Below, one piece after another: positions 53,547 through 64,000 of a DNA stretch of 64,000 nt. Position 1 is the first letter of the stretch. Each line of letters starts with the position of its first letter. A program made the position numbers and the translations under genes. The notes below the pieces were generated by a model. That model ran no database searches and had not been told where the DNA came from. It worked only from the letters and a program-made list of their open reading frames with translations. This DNA comes from an uncultured Gemmatimonadales bacterium. GTDB taxonomy: Bacteria > Gemmatimonadota > Gemmatimonadetes > Longimicrobiales > Longimicrobiaceae. Location of the stretch: assembly GCA_963716255.1 (NCBI GenBank), contig OY970303.1, forward strand, positions 2,720,001 to 2,784,000, in the 5' to 3' direction.

Positions 53547-53599
53547 TCCCGGCCTCGCGGCGAGCGAGGCCTTCCGGAACAGGCTCCAGGACCGGCGAA

Positions 53600-53634
53600 G
53601 CGCGCCGCCCGCACCCCGGGCGGCGCTTTTTTTG
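53600..53634 (+). terminator. Intrinsic terminator after the peptide gene
   Basis: GCGCCGCCCG-CACCC-CGGGCGGCGC followed by TTTTTTT. Confidence 0.8.
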
Positions 53635-53805
53635 TGCATTGTAGAATCCGGCACGCCCTCTTTTTGGGGCAATCGATGCCCAAAATTTGGGCAACGCCTT
53701 TTGTGGCGACAGCGAGTTGCCGTCCGGGTGCTTGACGCCGGCGCCTCCGGCACGGATAGTAGGAGCCGCCGGCCCACTCCCGCCCTCTTCCCCACCCCCC
53801 GAGAC

Positions 53806-55161
53806 ATGGCAGACTCCAGCGACCGCATCCGCGCGCTCCGCGCCGCCGTGGGCGTGGCCCCCGAGGACACCGGCCTGCGCCTCCTCCTGGCCGATGCCCT
53901 CCTGGACGGCGGGCTGGCGGCGGAGGCCGAGGCGGCGGTGCGCGACGGCCTTCGCGCCGCCCCGGAGGACGCCGGGCTGCGGGGAGCCCTGGTGCGCGCC
54001 TTCCACCGGCAGGGCAAGCTTTCCGCCGCGCTGGTGGTGATCGAGGACCTGCTGCGCGCCGGGGACGGCGGGGCCGAGGTTCACCTCCTCCATGCCCGGG
54101 TCCTGCTGGACGCGGACGACGTGGAGCGCGCCCGGCTGGCGTACCGCGAAGCCGTGGCCGCGGGCGCGGACGACGTGGAGCTGGCCGCCCGGCTGGGTGG
54201 GGCCGGCTCCCGGGCGCGCCGGATCCCATCCGAGGTAGAGGAGGAGCTCGACCGGATAGAGGCGGAGGACCCGGCCGAGGAGGAGGACGACGACGATGGC
54301 GATGGCGGCTCCGTTCCGCGGGTCACCTTCGCGGACGTGGGCGGGATGGAGGCGCTCAAGGAGGAGATCCGCCGCAAGATCATCCACCCGCTGCGGCACC
54401 CGGAGCTCTTCCGCGCCTACGGCAAGTCGGCGGGCGGCGGGATCCTGATGTACGGCCCGCCCGGGGTCGGCAAGACGCACCTGGCCCGGGCCACCGCCGG
54501 GGAGGCCGGGGCCTCGTTCCTGAGCGTGGGCATCCACGAGGTGCTGGACATGTGGATGGGGCAGAGCGAGCAGAACCTGAACCGCCTCTTCGAGCGGGCG
54601 CGGGCGTCCGCCCCCAGCGTGCTCTTCTTCGACGAGGTGGACGCCCTTGCCGCGCGCCGCAGCGACCTGCGCACCAGCGGCGGGCGCACTCTGATCAACC
54701 AGTTCCTGGCGGAGCTGGACGGGGTGCAGGCATCCAACGCCGGGGTCCTGGTGCTCGCGGCGACCAACGCCCCCTGGCACCTGGACCCCGCCTTCCGCCG
54801 CCCCGGGCGCTTCGACCGGGTCCTGTTCGTCCCCACGCCCGACGAGCCCGCGCGCGCGGCCATCCTCCGCCTCCTGTGCCGCGACAGGCCCGTGGAGGCG
54901 GTGGACTACGAGCGGCTGGCGAAGCGGACCGATGGCTTCTCGGGCGCCGACCTCAAGGCCGTGGTGGAGCTGGCGGTGGAGCGCAAGCTGGACGCGGCGA
55001 TGCGCGCCGGGCGCCCGCTCCCCATCTCCGGCGCGGAGCTGGCCGCCGCCGCGAAGGAGGTCCGCCCCACGGCGCGCGAGTGGTTCGCGACGGCGCGCAA
55101 CTACGTGCTCTACGCCAACGAGGCGGGGCAGTACGACGACGTGAAGCCGTACCTCCGCTAG
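53806..55161 (+). CDS. TPR + AAA ATPase (CDC48/FtsH-like module)
   Basis: N-terminal TPRs; FADVGG, GPPGVGKT, FFDEVD, ATNAPW.LDPAFRRPGRFD. Confidence 0.9.
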   Translation: MADSSDRIRALRAAVGVAPEDTGLRLLLADALLDGGLAAEAEAAVRDGLRAAPEDAGLRGALVRAFHRQGKLSAALVVIEDLLRAGDGGAEVHLLHARVLLDADDVERARLAYREAVAAGADDVELAARLGGAGSRARRIPSEVEEELDRIEAEDPAEEEDDDDGDGGSVPRVTFADVGGMEALKEEIRRKIIHPLRHPELFRAYGKSAGGGILMYGPPGVGKTHLARATAGEAGASFLSVGIHEVLDMWMGQSEQNLNRLFERARASAPSVLFFDEVDALAARRSDLRTSGGRTLINQFLAELDGVQASNAGVLVLAATNAPWHLDPAFRRPGRFDRVLFVPTPDEPARAAILRLLCRDRPVEAVDYERLAKRTDGFSGADLKAVVELAVERKLDAAMRAGRPLPISGAELAAAAKEVRPTAREWFATARNYVLYANEAGQYDDVKPYLR

Positions 55162-55174
55162 GCGGGCGTCCCGG

Positions 55175-56428
55175 ATGACGCACCCGGGCCTGCAGCGCGC
55201 CAGGCTGCTCATGGACCACGGCCGCCCCGGCATGGCGGCCGGGGAGCTTCGCCGCGCCCTGGGCGACCAGCCGGAGGACCCGGTGCTGCACGCCTACCTG
55301 GCGCTCTGCCTGGCGGAGGACCCGGCAACGCTGGGGGAGGCGCAGATCAAGGCGCTGTGGGCAACTGCGTACGGTCCCACCGACCCGGTGGCCTGGTTCG
55401 CTCTCGCGGCGGTGGAGCGCAGGCGCGGCCGGGGAAGGGAGGCGGAGCAGGCGCTGCGGATCGCGCTGGGACTGAACCCGGAGGCGCCGGGCCTGTTCGC
55501 CGAGCTGGCGTCGCTCCTGCTCGCGCAGGAGCGGCCGCGCGCCGCGCTGGAGGAAGCGGACCGGGGGCTGGCGCTGGACCCGGACCACGTGGGTTGCCTG
55601 ACGGTCCGAGGCGGCGCGCTCGCGAGGCTGGGGCGGCACGACGCCGCGGGGGATGCTTACACGCAGGCCCTCTCGCTGTCGCCCGAGGACCCCGTCGTCC
55701 ACGGCAACGCGGGGTGGGCGCTCCTGCGCCGGGGCGACGCGGAGGCGGCGGCGGACCGGTTCCGCGAAGCGCTCCGCCTGGACCCCGTCGCCGGCCGGGC
55801 GCAGGACGGGCTGATGGAAGCGCTCCGGGCCCGCAACCCCGTGTACCGGGCGCTCCTCCGCGCCTCGTTCCGGATCCCCGACCTCGGGCCGGGAGCCCGG
55901 GTGCTGACGGTGATCCTGGGTGTGGTCGCGGTGTGCGTCCTGGAGATCGCGCGGTACGAGGCGGATCTCCCCGCCCTCCTGGTGCTCCCGCTGGAGGTCG
56001 CGGTGGTCGCCGCGGTGTTCCTGAGCTGGACGGCGCGCTCCCTTTCCGACCTCCTCCTCTTTTCCCACCCGCTGGCCCGGCAGACCCTTTCGCGCGCGCA
56101 GCGGGTCGGGGCCGTCGGCACGGCGGCGTCGCTCCTGGCGGGGATCGTCCTGGGGCTCCTCGCGCTCGCCGGGGACGGCGGGGGGTTCGGCTTCGCCGCG
56201 GCGGTCGCCGCGCTGTACACCATTCCCATCGGCGCGGCGCTGCGGGCAAAGCCGGGGAGGCCGCGCGCGCTGATGACGGCGTACGTGCTGCTGGTGCCGG
56301 TGCCCGCCGCGGTGTTCCTGGCGCAGCAGGCGCGCGGCGCCGAGGGTGCCGGGACGTGGTTCGGGATCACCATCTGCGCGCTGGTGATGTCGGACGCGGT
56401 CTCGGACGTGCTCTCGGGGCGCCTGTAG
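55175..56428 (+). CDS. TPR protein with C-terminal multi-pass membrane domain
   Basis: Repeated ALxLxP TPR motifs, then several hydrophobic helices. Confidence 0.8.
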   Translation: MTHPGLQRARLLMDHGRPGMAAGELRRALGDQPEDPVLHAYLALCLAEDPATLGEAQIKALWATAYGPTDPVAWFALAAVERRRGRGREAEQALRIALGLNPEAPGLFAELASLLLAQERPRAALEEADRGLALDPDHVGCLTVRGGALARLGRHDAAGDAYTQALSLSPEDPVVHGNAGWALLRRGDAEAAADRFREALRLDPVAGRAQDGLMEALRARNPVYRALLRASFRIPDLGPGARVLTVILGVVAVCVLEIARYEADLPALLVLPLEVAVVAAVFLSWTARSLSDLLLFSHPLARQTLSRAQRVGAVGTAASLLAGIVLGLLALAGDGGGFGFAAAVAALYTIPIGAALRAKPGRPRALMTAYVLLVPVPAAVFLAQQARGAEGAGTWFGITICALVMSDAVSDVLSGRL

Positions 56429-56485
56429 CCGTCCCCCGCGGGCGGCCTGGCCCCGGGCGCGACGCCTCCGTATATTCCCGATGCA

Positions 56486-56575
56486 AGCCGCCAGGGGTAT
56501 CCCGCGCACGGTCGCGGGGTTGAGAGAGTCCCTTGGAACCTGATCCGGATCACACCGGCGTAGGGAGCGCGGCGT
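56486..56575 (+). ncRNA. TPP riboswitch
   Basis: GGGGT...TGAGA.AGTCCCTT.GAACCTGATCCGGATCACACCGGCGTAGGGAG upstream of thiC; terminator-like hairpin at ~56636-56670. Confidence 0.93.
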
Positions 56576-56588
56576 GTCGCACAGATGA

Positions 56589-58505
<1,917 letters not shown>

Positions 58506-58530
58506 GGCCAGGCTGTCCCAGGGGGACGAC

Positions 58531-58571
58531 GCGAGGCGGGGCACCGGATCGGATCCGGCGCCCCGCCTCGC
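58531..58571. repeat. 41-bp GC hairpin, direct repeat of 63711-63751
   Basis: GCGAGGCGGGGCACCGGATCGGATCCGGCGCCCCGCCTCGC. Confidence 0.8.
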
Positions 58572-58717
58572 TGCATGGAGCCAGCAGGCGAATATTGACT
58601 CCCGTCCGTCCGCGAAGTAAGAACATCCTTGCACGTGAGCTTCGTCGCCTCCGTCCCGCCCGCGGCAGCGGAACTCTGCGGGTCCTCCTTTCACCCTGAC
58701 ATGCGGCAGCGACGCCA

Positions 58718-61700
58718 ATGCAGGCACGCGTCTCCATTGTCGGCAGCGACATCCTCTGCGGCCGTGGCGCCGTGCGCGGGGGCGAGGAGGCGCGCATCGC
58801 GCTGACCGGGGAGACGCTCGGCCGGCTCACCGGCTGGGCGGAGCGATACGGGCGCATCGTCCGCACGGGTGATCCGTCCCCGCTCCTCGCGCTCGGCCTG
58901 GAGATCTTTGCCTGGCTCGACCAGGGCGGCTGGGCCTCGCGGTGGGTCCGGGAACCCGGCGACCGGGTGCTGGAGGTCGCGGTCGACGACCCCGGCACGG
59001 AGGCGGCCGCGGCGCTGCTCGACCTGCCCTGGGAGACGCTGGCGCGGGAGGGCGATCTCCTGGCGGCGGACCCGGGCCAGACCTTCGTCGTGTTCCGCAG
59101 CATCGGCCGACGGGCGGACGCCGTACCCGCGCAGCCCGAGCACCGGGACCTCGAAACCCTGTTCATGGCCGCCGCGCCCAGGGGACAGCGTGAGCTTGAC
59201 TACGAGGCGGAGGAGGCGGCGATCCTCGACGCGACCGCGCGCCTGCCGATGCGGCTCTCCGTCGAGGAGAGCGGCTGCGCCGACTTCCTCAAGGACCGGC
59301 TCGCGCAGGACGGACCGTTCGAGGCGGTCCACCTTTCCTGCCACGGCGACATCCTGCGGGGCACGGGACCGGTGCTGGCGCTGGAAACCCCGGAGGGCGA
59401 TCTCGCGCCGGTCACTCCGGGGCGGCTCGCCGGCGTCCTCGGCGAGCGAAAGGCGCCGCTGGTCTTTCTCTCCGCCTGCCGCACCGCCGAACGGGGCGAG
59501 CGCAGGGACGCGGACGGGAAGGCGGAGGCAGTGGAGCCCTTCGCGCGCGCGCTGATCCGCGCGGGAGTGGCGAACGTGCTCGGCTGGGACGGCTCGGTCT
59601 ACGACCTGGATGCGACGCGCTTCGCCCGCGCCTTCTACGGAGAGCTGGCGGAGCGCTCCACCGTTCCGTACGCGGCGGCGGCCGCCCGGCGCGAGGTGCT
59701 GCGGGAGCACCGGAACGATCCGCGAGCCGGACGGCACTGGCACCTGGCACGGGTCTACGCGGGACCGCAGGGGGCCGGGCCGCTCTGCGACAGGGCGAAG
59801 CCCAAACGCAAGCTCCGCAAGGCGGCGGGATACAAGGAGTTCCTGGACAAGGACAACGGGCAGGTGCCGGTGGCGACTGCGGCGGAGTTCGTGGGCCGCC
59901 GCCGGCACGCGCAGGCAGTGCTCCGGGCCTTCAGGGAGAACGAGAGGGCTGGCGTCCTGATCCACGGGATGGGCAACCTGGGCAAGTCGAGCCTGGCGGC
60001 GCGCATCGCCAACCGCATGCCGAAGCACGAGACGGTGGTCGTGTTCGAGCGCTACGACGCGCTCGCGGTCTTCGATCAGCTCATCCGCGCCCTGCCGGGG
60101 AGCGAGCGTTCCCGCTGGGAGCAGACGTGGCGGGAGTCGATCGGGCTCAGGGGCGCAGCGCTCGCGGACGCGCTCGAGGAGATGCTGAACGGCCCGTTCG
60201 ACACGAACCCGGTCCTGCTGGTGATCGACGACCTGGAGCGGGTCCTGGAGACGCCGCGGCCCGGCCACACGGCGACGCCGGTAAGGGACGCGCCCGGGTC
60301 GCCCGACGCCTGGCGCGACGCGCTCGGCGCGGTGCTGCGGGCCTTCGACGCGGCGGACACGGAGTCGCGCCTGCTGCTGACCAGCCGCTACGTCTTCACC
60401 CTCCCGGACGGCCGCGGCAACGACCTGGCGGCCCGACTGGAGAGCGTGCAGCTCCCGCCGATGGACGAGCAGGAGCGAGCGAAGCAGTGGCGGGCAGCCG
60501 TGCGGGCGGAGAGGCACGAAGGGGTCCGGCGGGACGCACCGGAATGCGAGCTCGTCGACCGGGCGCTCGCGGCGGCGGCTGGCAACCCGGGGCTCCAGGA
60601 GATCCTCTGCCGTCCCATCCTCGCCGGTGAGCTGGACGCCGCCAGCGGGGCCGTGGAGGCCGTGGAGCGGTGGAGAGACTCGGGCCAGGCTCCCGAGGAG
60701 GAGAACGCAGCCCAGGAGTTCTTCCGCCGGGTCTCGCTGGAGACCTACCGGGATGCGCTGACGGAAACGCAGCGGGTCCAGCTCCGGGCGGCGACGCTCT
60801 TCTCCGAGAGCGTGCCGATTCCGGTCGCCGCACTGGAGGCGGTCGGGAGCGCGGCCGGAGTGGCGGACCCTCGTGCGGCCGTCGCCCGCCTGCTCGGCCT
60901 GGGCCTGGTGGACGGCTGGGGCGAGATCGGCGGCGCGGAGCACGCCGCAGTGAACCCGCTGGCGAGGCCACTGGCCGGAGAGCACCTGAGCGACGGTGAG
61001 CAGGCGCATCTCGCCGCCGCGGCGATCACGCCGCTCGCCTTGGCGTGGCGAGATGAGGACGGCGACTTTCCCGACGACATACGGGGCGTGGAAATGGCGC
61101 GTCTGGCGCTGGACGGCAGCGCCCCAGCGGACATCCTCGGCCAGGCGGTCCAAGCCGCAGGGTACTTTCTCTTCCGCCGGGCGCACGACGCGAAGACCGC
61201 GTTGGCGTACCTAGAGCCGGCCCTCGCTACGATCGAGGAATCAGGCGAGGAACCGCGCCCCGAGCTCCTGCTGCTGGCCGCGGAATGCGCCGAGCGCGTG
61301 GGTGAGACCGGACTACAGGTCACCTGGCTGGAGAAGGGTCTCACGCTACGCTCTGGCGGTGAGTCGATTGCTGCACGGATTGCTGCGGCACATGCGGTGG
61401 CGACGATTGCTCGGGATGGACCAGAAACGGCTCTGGCGACGCTCCGCACATCTGTAGAGCTGTTTGGCAAGGCCGAGGATGCCCGTATGCGGGCAATCAC
61501 GCTGGGCCAGATCGCCGACATTCTCACGCAGCAAGGTGAGACGGAGGAGGCCCTGCGCATCCGGCGCGAGGAGGAATTGCCTGTCTACGAACGACTGGGA
61601 GACGTGCACTCTTGGGCCGTGACCATGGGCCAGATCGCCGACATCCTCACGCAGCGGGGCGAGACCCAGGAGGCGCTGCGCATCCGCCGCGAGGAGCAAC

Positions 61701-63271
61701 TGCCCGTCTACGAGCGGCTGGGAGACGTGCGCTCCCGGGCCGTGACCATGGGCAAGATCGCCGACATCCTCACGCAGCGGGGCGAAACCGAGGAGGCGAT
61801 GCGCATCGGGCGCGAGGAGCAACTGCCCGTCTTCGAGCGGTTGGGAGACGTGCGCTCCCGGGCCGTGACCATGGGCAGGATCGCCGACATTCTCACGCAG
61901 CGGGGCGAAACCGAGGAGGCGATGCGCATCCGACGCGAGGAGCAACTGCCCGTCTACGAGCGGTTGGGAGACGTGCACTCTTGGGCCGTGACCATGGGCC
62001 AGATCGCCGACATCCTCACGCAGCGGGGCGAGACCGAAGAGGCGCTGCGCATCCGCCGCGAGGAGGAACTGTCCGTCTACGAGCGGCTGGGAGACGTGCG
62101 CTCCCGGGCCGTGACCATGGGCAAGATCGCCGACATCCTCACGCAGCGGGGCGAGACCCAGGAGGCGCTGCGCATCCGGCGCGAGGAGCAACTGCCCGTC
62201 TACGAGCGGCTGGGAGACGTGCGCTCCCGGGCCGTGACCATAGGCAAGATCGCCGATATCCTCAGGCAACGGGGCGAGACCGAGGAGGCGCTGCGCATTC
62301 GGCGCGAGGAGCAACTGCCCGCCTTCGAACGACTGGGAGACGTGCGCTCCCGGGCCATGACCATGGGCCAGATCGCCGACATCTTCACACAGCGGGGCGA
62401 GACCGAGGAGGCGCTGCGCATCCGACGCGAGGAGGAACTGCCCATCTTCGAGCAGCTGGGAGACGTGCGCTCCCGGGCCGTGACCATGAGCAAGATCGCC
62501 GACATCCTCAGGCAACGGGGCGAGACCGAGGAGGCGCTGCGCATTCGGCGCGAGGAGCAACTGCCCGCCTTCGAGCGGCTGGGAGACGTGCGCTCCCGGG
62601 CTGTGACCATGGGCCAGATCGCCGACATCCTCACGGAGCGGGGCGAGATCGAGGAGGCGCTGAGCATCCGGCGCGAGGAGGAACTGCCCGTCTTCGAGCG
62701 GTTGGGAGACGTGCGCTCCCGGGCCGTAACCATGGGCAGGATCGCCGACATCCTCACGCAGCGGGGCGAGACCCAGGAGGCGCTGCGCATCCGGCGCGAG
62801 GAGGAACTGCCCGTCTTCGAGCGGCTGGGAGACGTGCGCGAGCGGGCCGTGACCATGGGCAAAATCGCCGACATCCTCACGCAGCAGGGCGAGACCGAGG
62901 AGGCGCTGCGGATTCATACCGATGAGCGTCTGCCGACAGCAATTGCTATGGGCGATGTCGACAGCATTGCCCATATACGCTTCTCCTGCGCGCAAATCCG
63001 CCTCGACCGTGGCGGGCTGACCCAGGGGAAGGCGCAGACAATCGCCGACGAGCTGGCGGAGAGTTTCGCAATCTACCAGAAGATCCGTCGCGCCGATGGT
63101 ATCGCCAATGCAGGCTGGCTCCTTGGACAGGTGCTCGCCATGGGCGGCTACCCGGAGGATGGACTCACCATTTTAGACGAGTCGGCAATGGCGTTCGAGA
63201 AGTTGGGGCAGGCCCAGGAGGCAGCGGCTGTACGCGCGCTGCAACAGAGAATCCGGGAGGACCAACCATGA
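58718..63271 (+). CDS. CHAT (caspase-like) protease - P-loop NTPase - TPR repeat protein (NLR-like)
   Basis: VHLSCHG and VFLSACRTA (His/Cys dyad), GMGNLGKS Walker A, LLVIDDLE Walker B, LLLTSR, 12 x 41-aa repeats. Confidence 0.88.
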   Translation: MQARVSIVGSDILCGRGAVRGGEEARIALTGETLGRLTGWAERYGRIVRTGDPSPLLALGLEIFAWLDQGGWASRWVREPGDRVLEVAVDDPGTEAAAALLDLPWETLAREGDLLAADPGQTFVVFRSIGRRADAVPAQPEHRDLETLFMAAAPRGQRELDYEAEEAAILDATARLPMRLSVEESGCADFLKDRLAQDGPFEAVHLSCHGDILRGTGPVLALETPEGDLAPVTPGRLAGVLGERKAPLVFLSACRTAERGERRDADGKAEAVEPFARALIRAGVANVLGWDGSVYDLDATRFARAFYGELAERSTVPYAAAAARREVLREHRNDPRAGRHWHLARVYAGPQGAGPLCDRAKPKRKLRKAAGYKEFLDKDNGQVPVATAAEFVGRRRHAQAVLRAFRENERAGVLIHGMGNLGKSSLAARIANRMPKHETVVVFERYDALAVFDQLIRALPGSERSRWEQTWRESIGLRGAALADALEEMLNGPFDTNPVLLVIDDLERVLETPRPGHTATPVRDAPGSPDAWRDALGAVLRAFDAADTESRLLLTSRYVFTLPDGRGNDLAARLESVQLPPMDEQERAKQWRAAVRAERHEGVRRDAPECELVDRALAAAAGNPGLQEILCRPILAGELDAASGAVEAVERWRDSGQAPEEENAAQEFFRRVSLETYRDALTETQRVQLRAATLFSESVPIPVAALEAVGSAAGVADPRAAVARLLGLGLVDGWGEIGGAEHAAVNPLARPLAGEHLSDGEQAHLAAAAITPLALAWRDEDGDFPDDIRGVEMARLALDGSAPADILGQAVQAAGYFLFRRAHDAKTALAYLEPALATIEESGEEPRPELLLLAAECAERVGETGLQVTWLEKGLTLRSGGESIAARIAAAHAVATIARDGPETALATLRTSVELFGKAEDARMRAITLGQIADILTQQGETEEALRIRREEELPVYERLGDVHSWAVTMGQIADILTQRGETQEALRIRREEQLPVYERLGDVRSRAVTMGKIADILTQRGETEEAMRIGREEQLPVFERLGDVRSRAVTMGRIADILTQRGETEEAMRIRREEQLPVYERLGDVHSWAVTMGQIADILTQRGETEEALRIRREEELSVYERLGDVRSRAVTMGKIADILTQRGETQEALRIRREEQLPVYERLGDVRSRAVTIGKIADILRQRGETEEALRIRREEQLPAFERLGDVRSRAMTMGQIADIFTQRGETEEALRIRREEELPIFEQLGDVRSRAVTMSKIADILRQRGETEEALRIRREEQLPAFERLGDVRSRAVTMGQIADILTERGEIEEALSIRREEELPVFERLGDVRSRAVTMGRIADILTQRGETQEALRIRREEELPVFERLGDVRERAVTMGKIADILTQQGETEEALRIHTDERLPTAIAMGDVDSIAHIRFSCAQIRLDRGGLTQGKAQTIADELAESFAIYQKIRRADGIANAGWLLGQVLAMGGYPEDGLTILDESAMAFEKLGQAQEAAAVRALQQRIREDQP
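61490..62965 (+). repeat. 12 near-identical 123-bp intragenic tandem repeats (41-aa TPR-like)
   Basis: RAVTMG(Q/K/R)IADILTQRGETEEALRIRREE(E/Q)LPV(Y/F)ERLGDVRS; GACCATGGGC recurs at 61621 and 61744. Confidence 0.95.
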
Positions 63272-63690
63272 GCATCGAGATCCGCCTGTCCGGTGTGGAC
63301 GGAACCGGGCTGGGCGACGAGGCGGAGGGAGTGCTCCGCGCCGCCGCCGGAACCGAGCCGGAGCGCCGCGAGCACAAGCCACGGGAGGAAGTGACCCGGG
63401 GCGATCCGGTGGCGATCGCGGCCCTCGTCCTCTCCGTCCCGAGCGCCATCGTGTCGCTGCTGGACCTCGCCGAGCGCGCACGACTGGCGGAACGGGTGCG
63501 TAGGCTGCTCGCCCGGACTCGCTTGGCAGACGACGCGGTGACGCTCCACGTGCCGGGCGCGCCCCCCCTCGACCTGGCCGCCGCTACGGAGGACGAGGTG
63601 ATGGACCGGCTCACCCAGGGGGCGGACTCCCGGAGCGGGGACCCGCCGACCCCGCGCGGGGTGCAGCGGGGCGGCCCGGGACCGGCTTGA
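63268..63690 (+). CDS. Small partner protein with a central hydrophobic helix (EACC1-like)
   Basis: ATGA coupling to the CHAT gene; IEIRLSG...RG-DPVAIAALVLSVPSAIVSLLDL...VTLHVPG. Confidence 0.65.
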   Translation: MSIEIRLSGVDGTGLGDEAEGVLRAAAGTEPERREHKPREEVTRGDPVAIAALVLSVPSAIVSLLDLAERARLAERVRRLLARTRLADDAVTLHVPGAPPLDLAAATEDEVMDRLTQGADSRSGDPPTPRGVQRGGPGPA

Positions 63691-63710
63691 AGCCGTTCCC
63701 GGCGGAGGAC

Positions 63711-63751
63711 ACGAAGCGGGGCGCCGGATCGGATCCGGCGCCCCGCCTCGC
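63711..63751. repeat. 41-bp GC hairpin, direct repeat of 58531-58571
   Basis: ACGAAGCGGGGCGCCGGATCGGATCCGGCGCCCCGCCTCGC. Confidence 0.8.
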
Positions 63752-63777
63752 ATCACGTACCGCGTAGCCGGCACCGG

Positions 63778-64000
63778 CTAGTCCGCCCGCAGCGCCTCCA
63801 TGGGCTGGATCCGCAGCCCCTGCCGGGCGGGCCCGAGCGCCGCGAGGAGCCCCACGCCGAGCGCGATCGCCACGACGGCGGCCAGCAGGCCGGTGGCCAG
63901 CCCGGGCGTGAAGCCCTGCCCCACCAGCAGCGCCCCGCCCAGCAGGCAGCCGACGCCCGCGCCCAGAGCGAGCTGGCGAATCGCCCGCGCGAAGACGCTC
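63778..64000 (-). CDS. C-terminus of an ABC transporter permease (FtsX-like), truncated by the window
   Basis: Minus-strand reading ...GLLAALGPARQGLRIQPMEALRAD*. Confidence 0.75.
   Translation of the reverse strand, partial: SVFARAIRQLALGAGVGCLLGGALLVGQGFTPGLATGLLAAVVAIALGVGLLAALGPARQGLRIQPMEALRAD

Noticed and set aside
61490..62965. Possible CRISPR array or DGR template
   Set aside because: Repeats are contiguous in-frame 123-bp coding units with no unique spacers; no cas genes or reverse transcriptase in the window.

Overview
High-GC bacterial chromosome segment; gene content and style suggest Gemmatimonadota (Longimicrobium-like), which is an inference. Most of the ~50 real genes are housekeeping or envelope genes (glnS-YqeY, lon, sigma70-family factor, rsgA, thiC with TPP riboswitch, NamZ, amidase, NlpC/P60, S8 and zinc proteases, TonB receptor, cysteine synthase, two GAF histidine kinases). 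Most long ORFs in the track are GC-rich shadow frames. Four things stand out. (1) A lower-GC six-gene operon (736-4775) encodes a metallophosphoesterase, a dTMP-kinase-like protein, a thymidylate-synthase (TS) paralogue lacking the catalytic Cys, a MazG-like pyrophosphatase, an intact TS/hydroxymethylase-like enzyme and a small protein; it looks like a nucleotide-modifying or anti-phage system I cannot match to a named one. (2) A histidine kinase is coupled to a stand-alone Asn-rich TPR protein and followed by a 70-aa lipo-propeptide carrying SGLLTGSN twice, a Rap/Phr (RRNPP)-like peptide-signalling architecture. (3) A CHAT protease-P-loop NTPase-12x41-aa TPR NLR-like gene with a small hydrophobic partner is flanked by a duplicated 41-bp hairpin. 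(4) Several dispersed intergenic repeat families are present, one with clear compensatory base-pair changes across 7 copies. No rRNA, tRNA, CRISPR array, integrase or transposase was seen.
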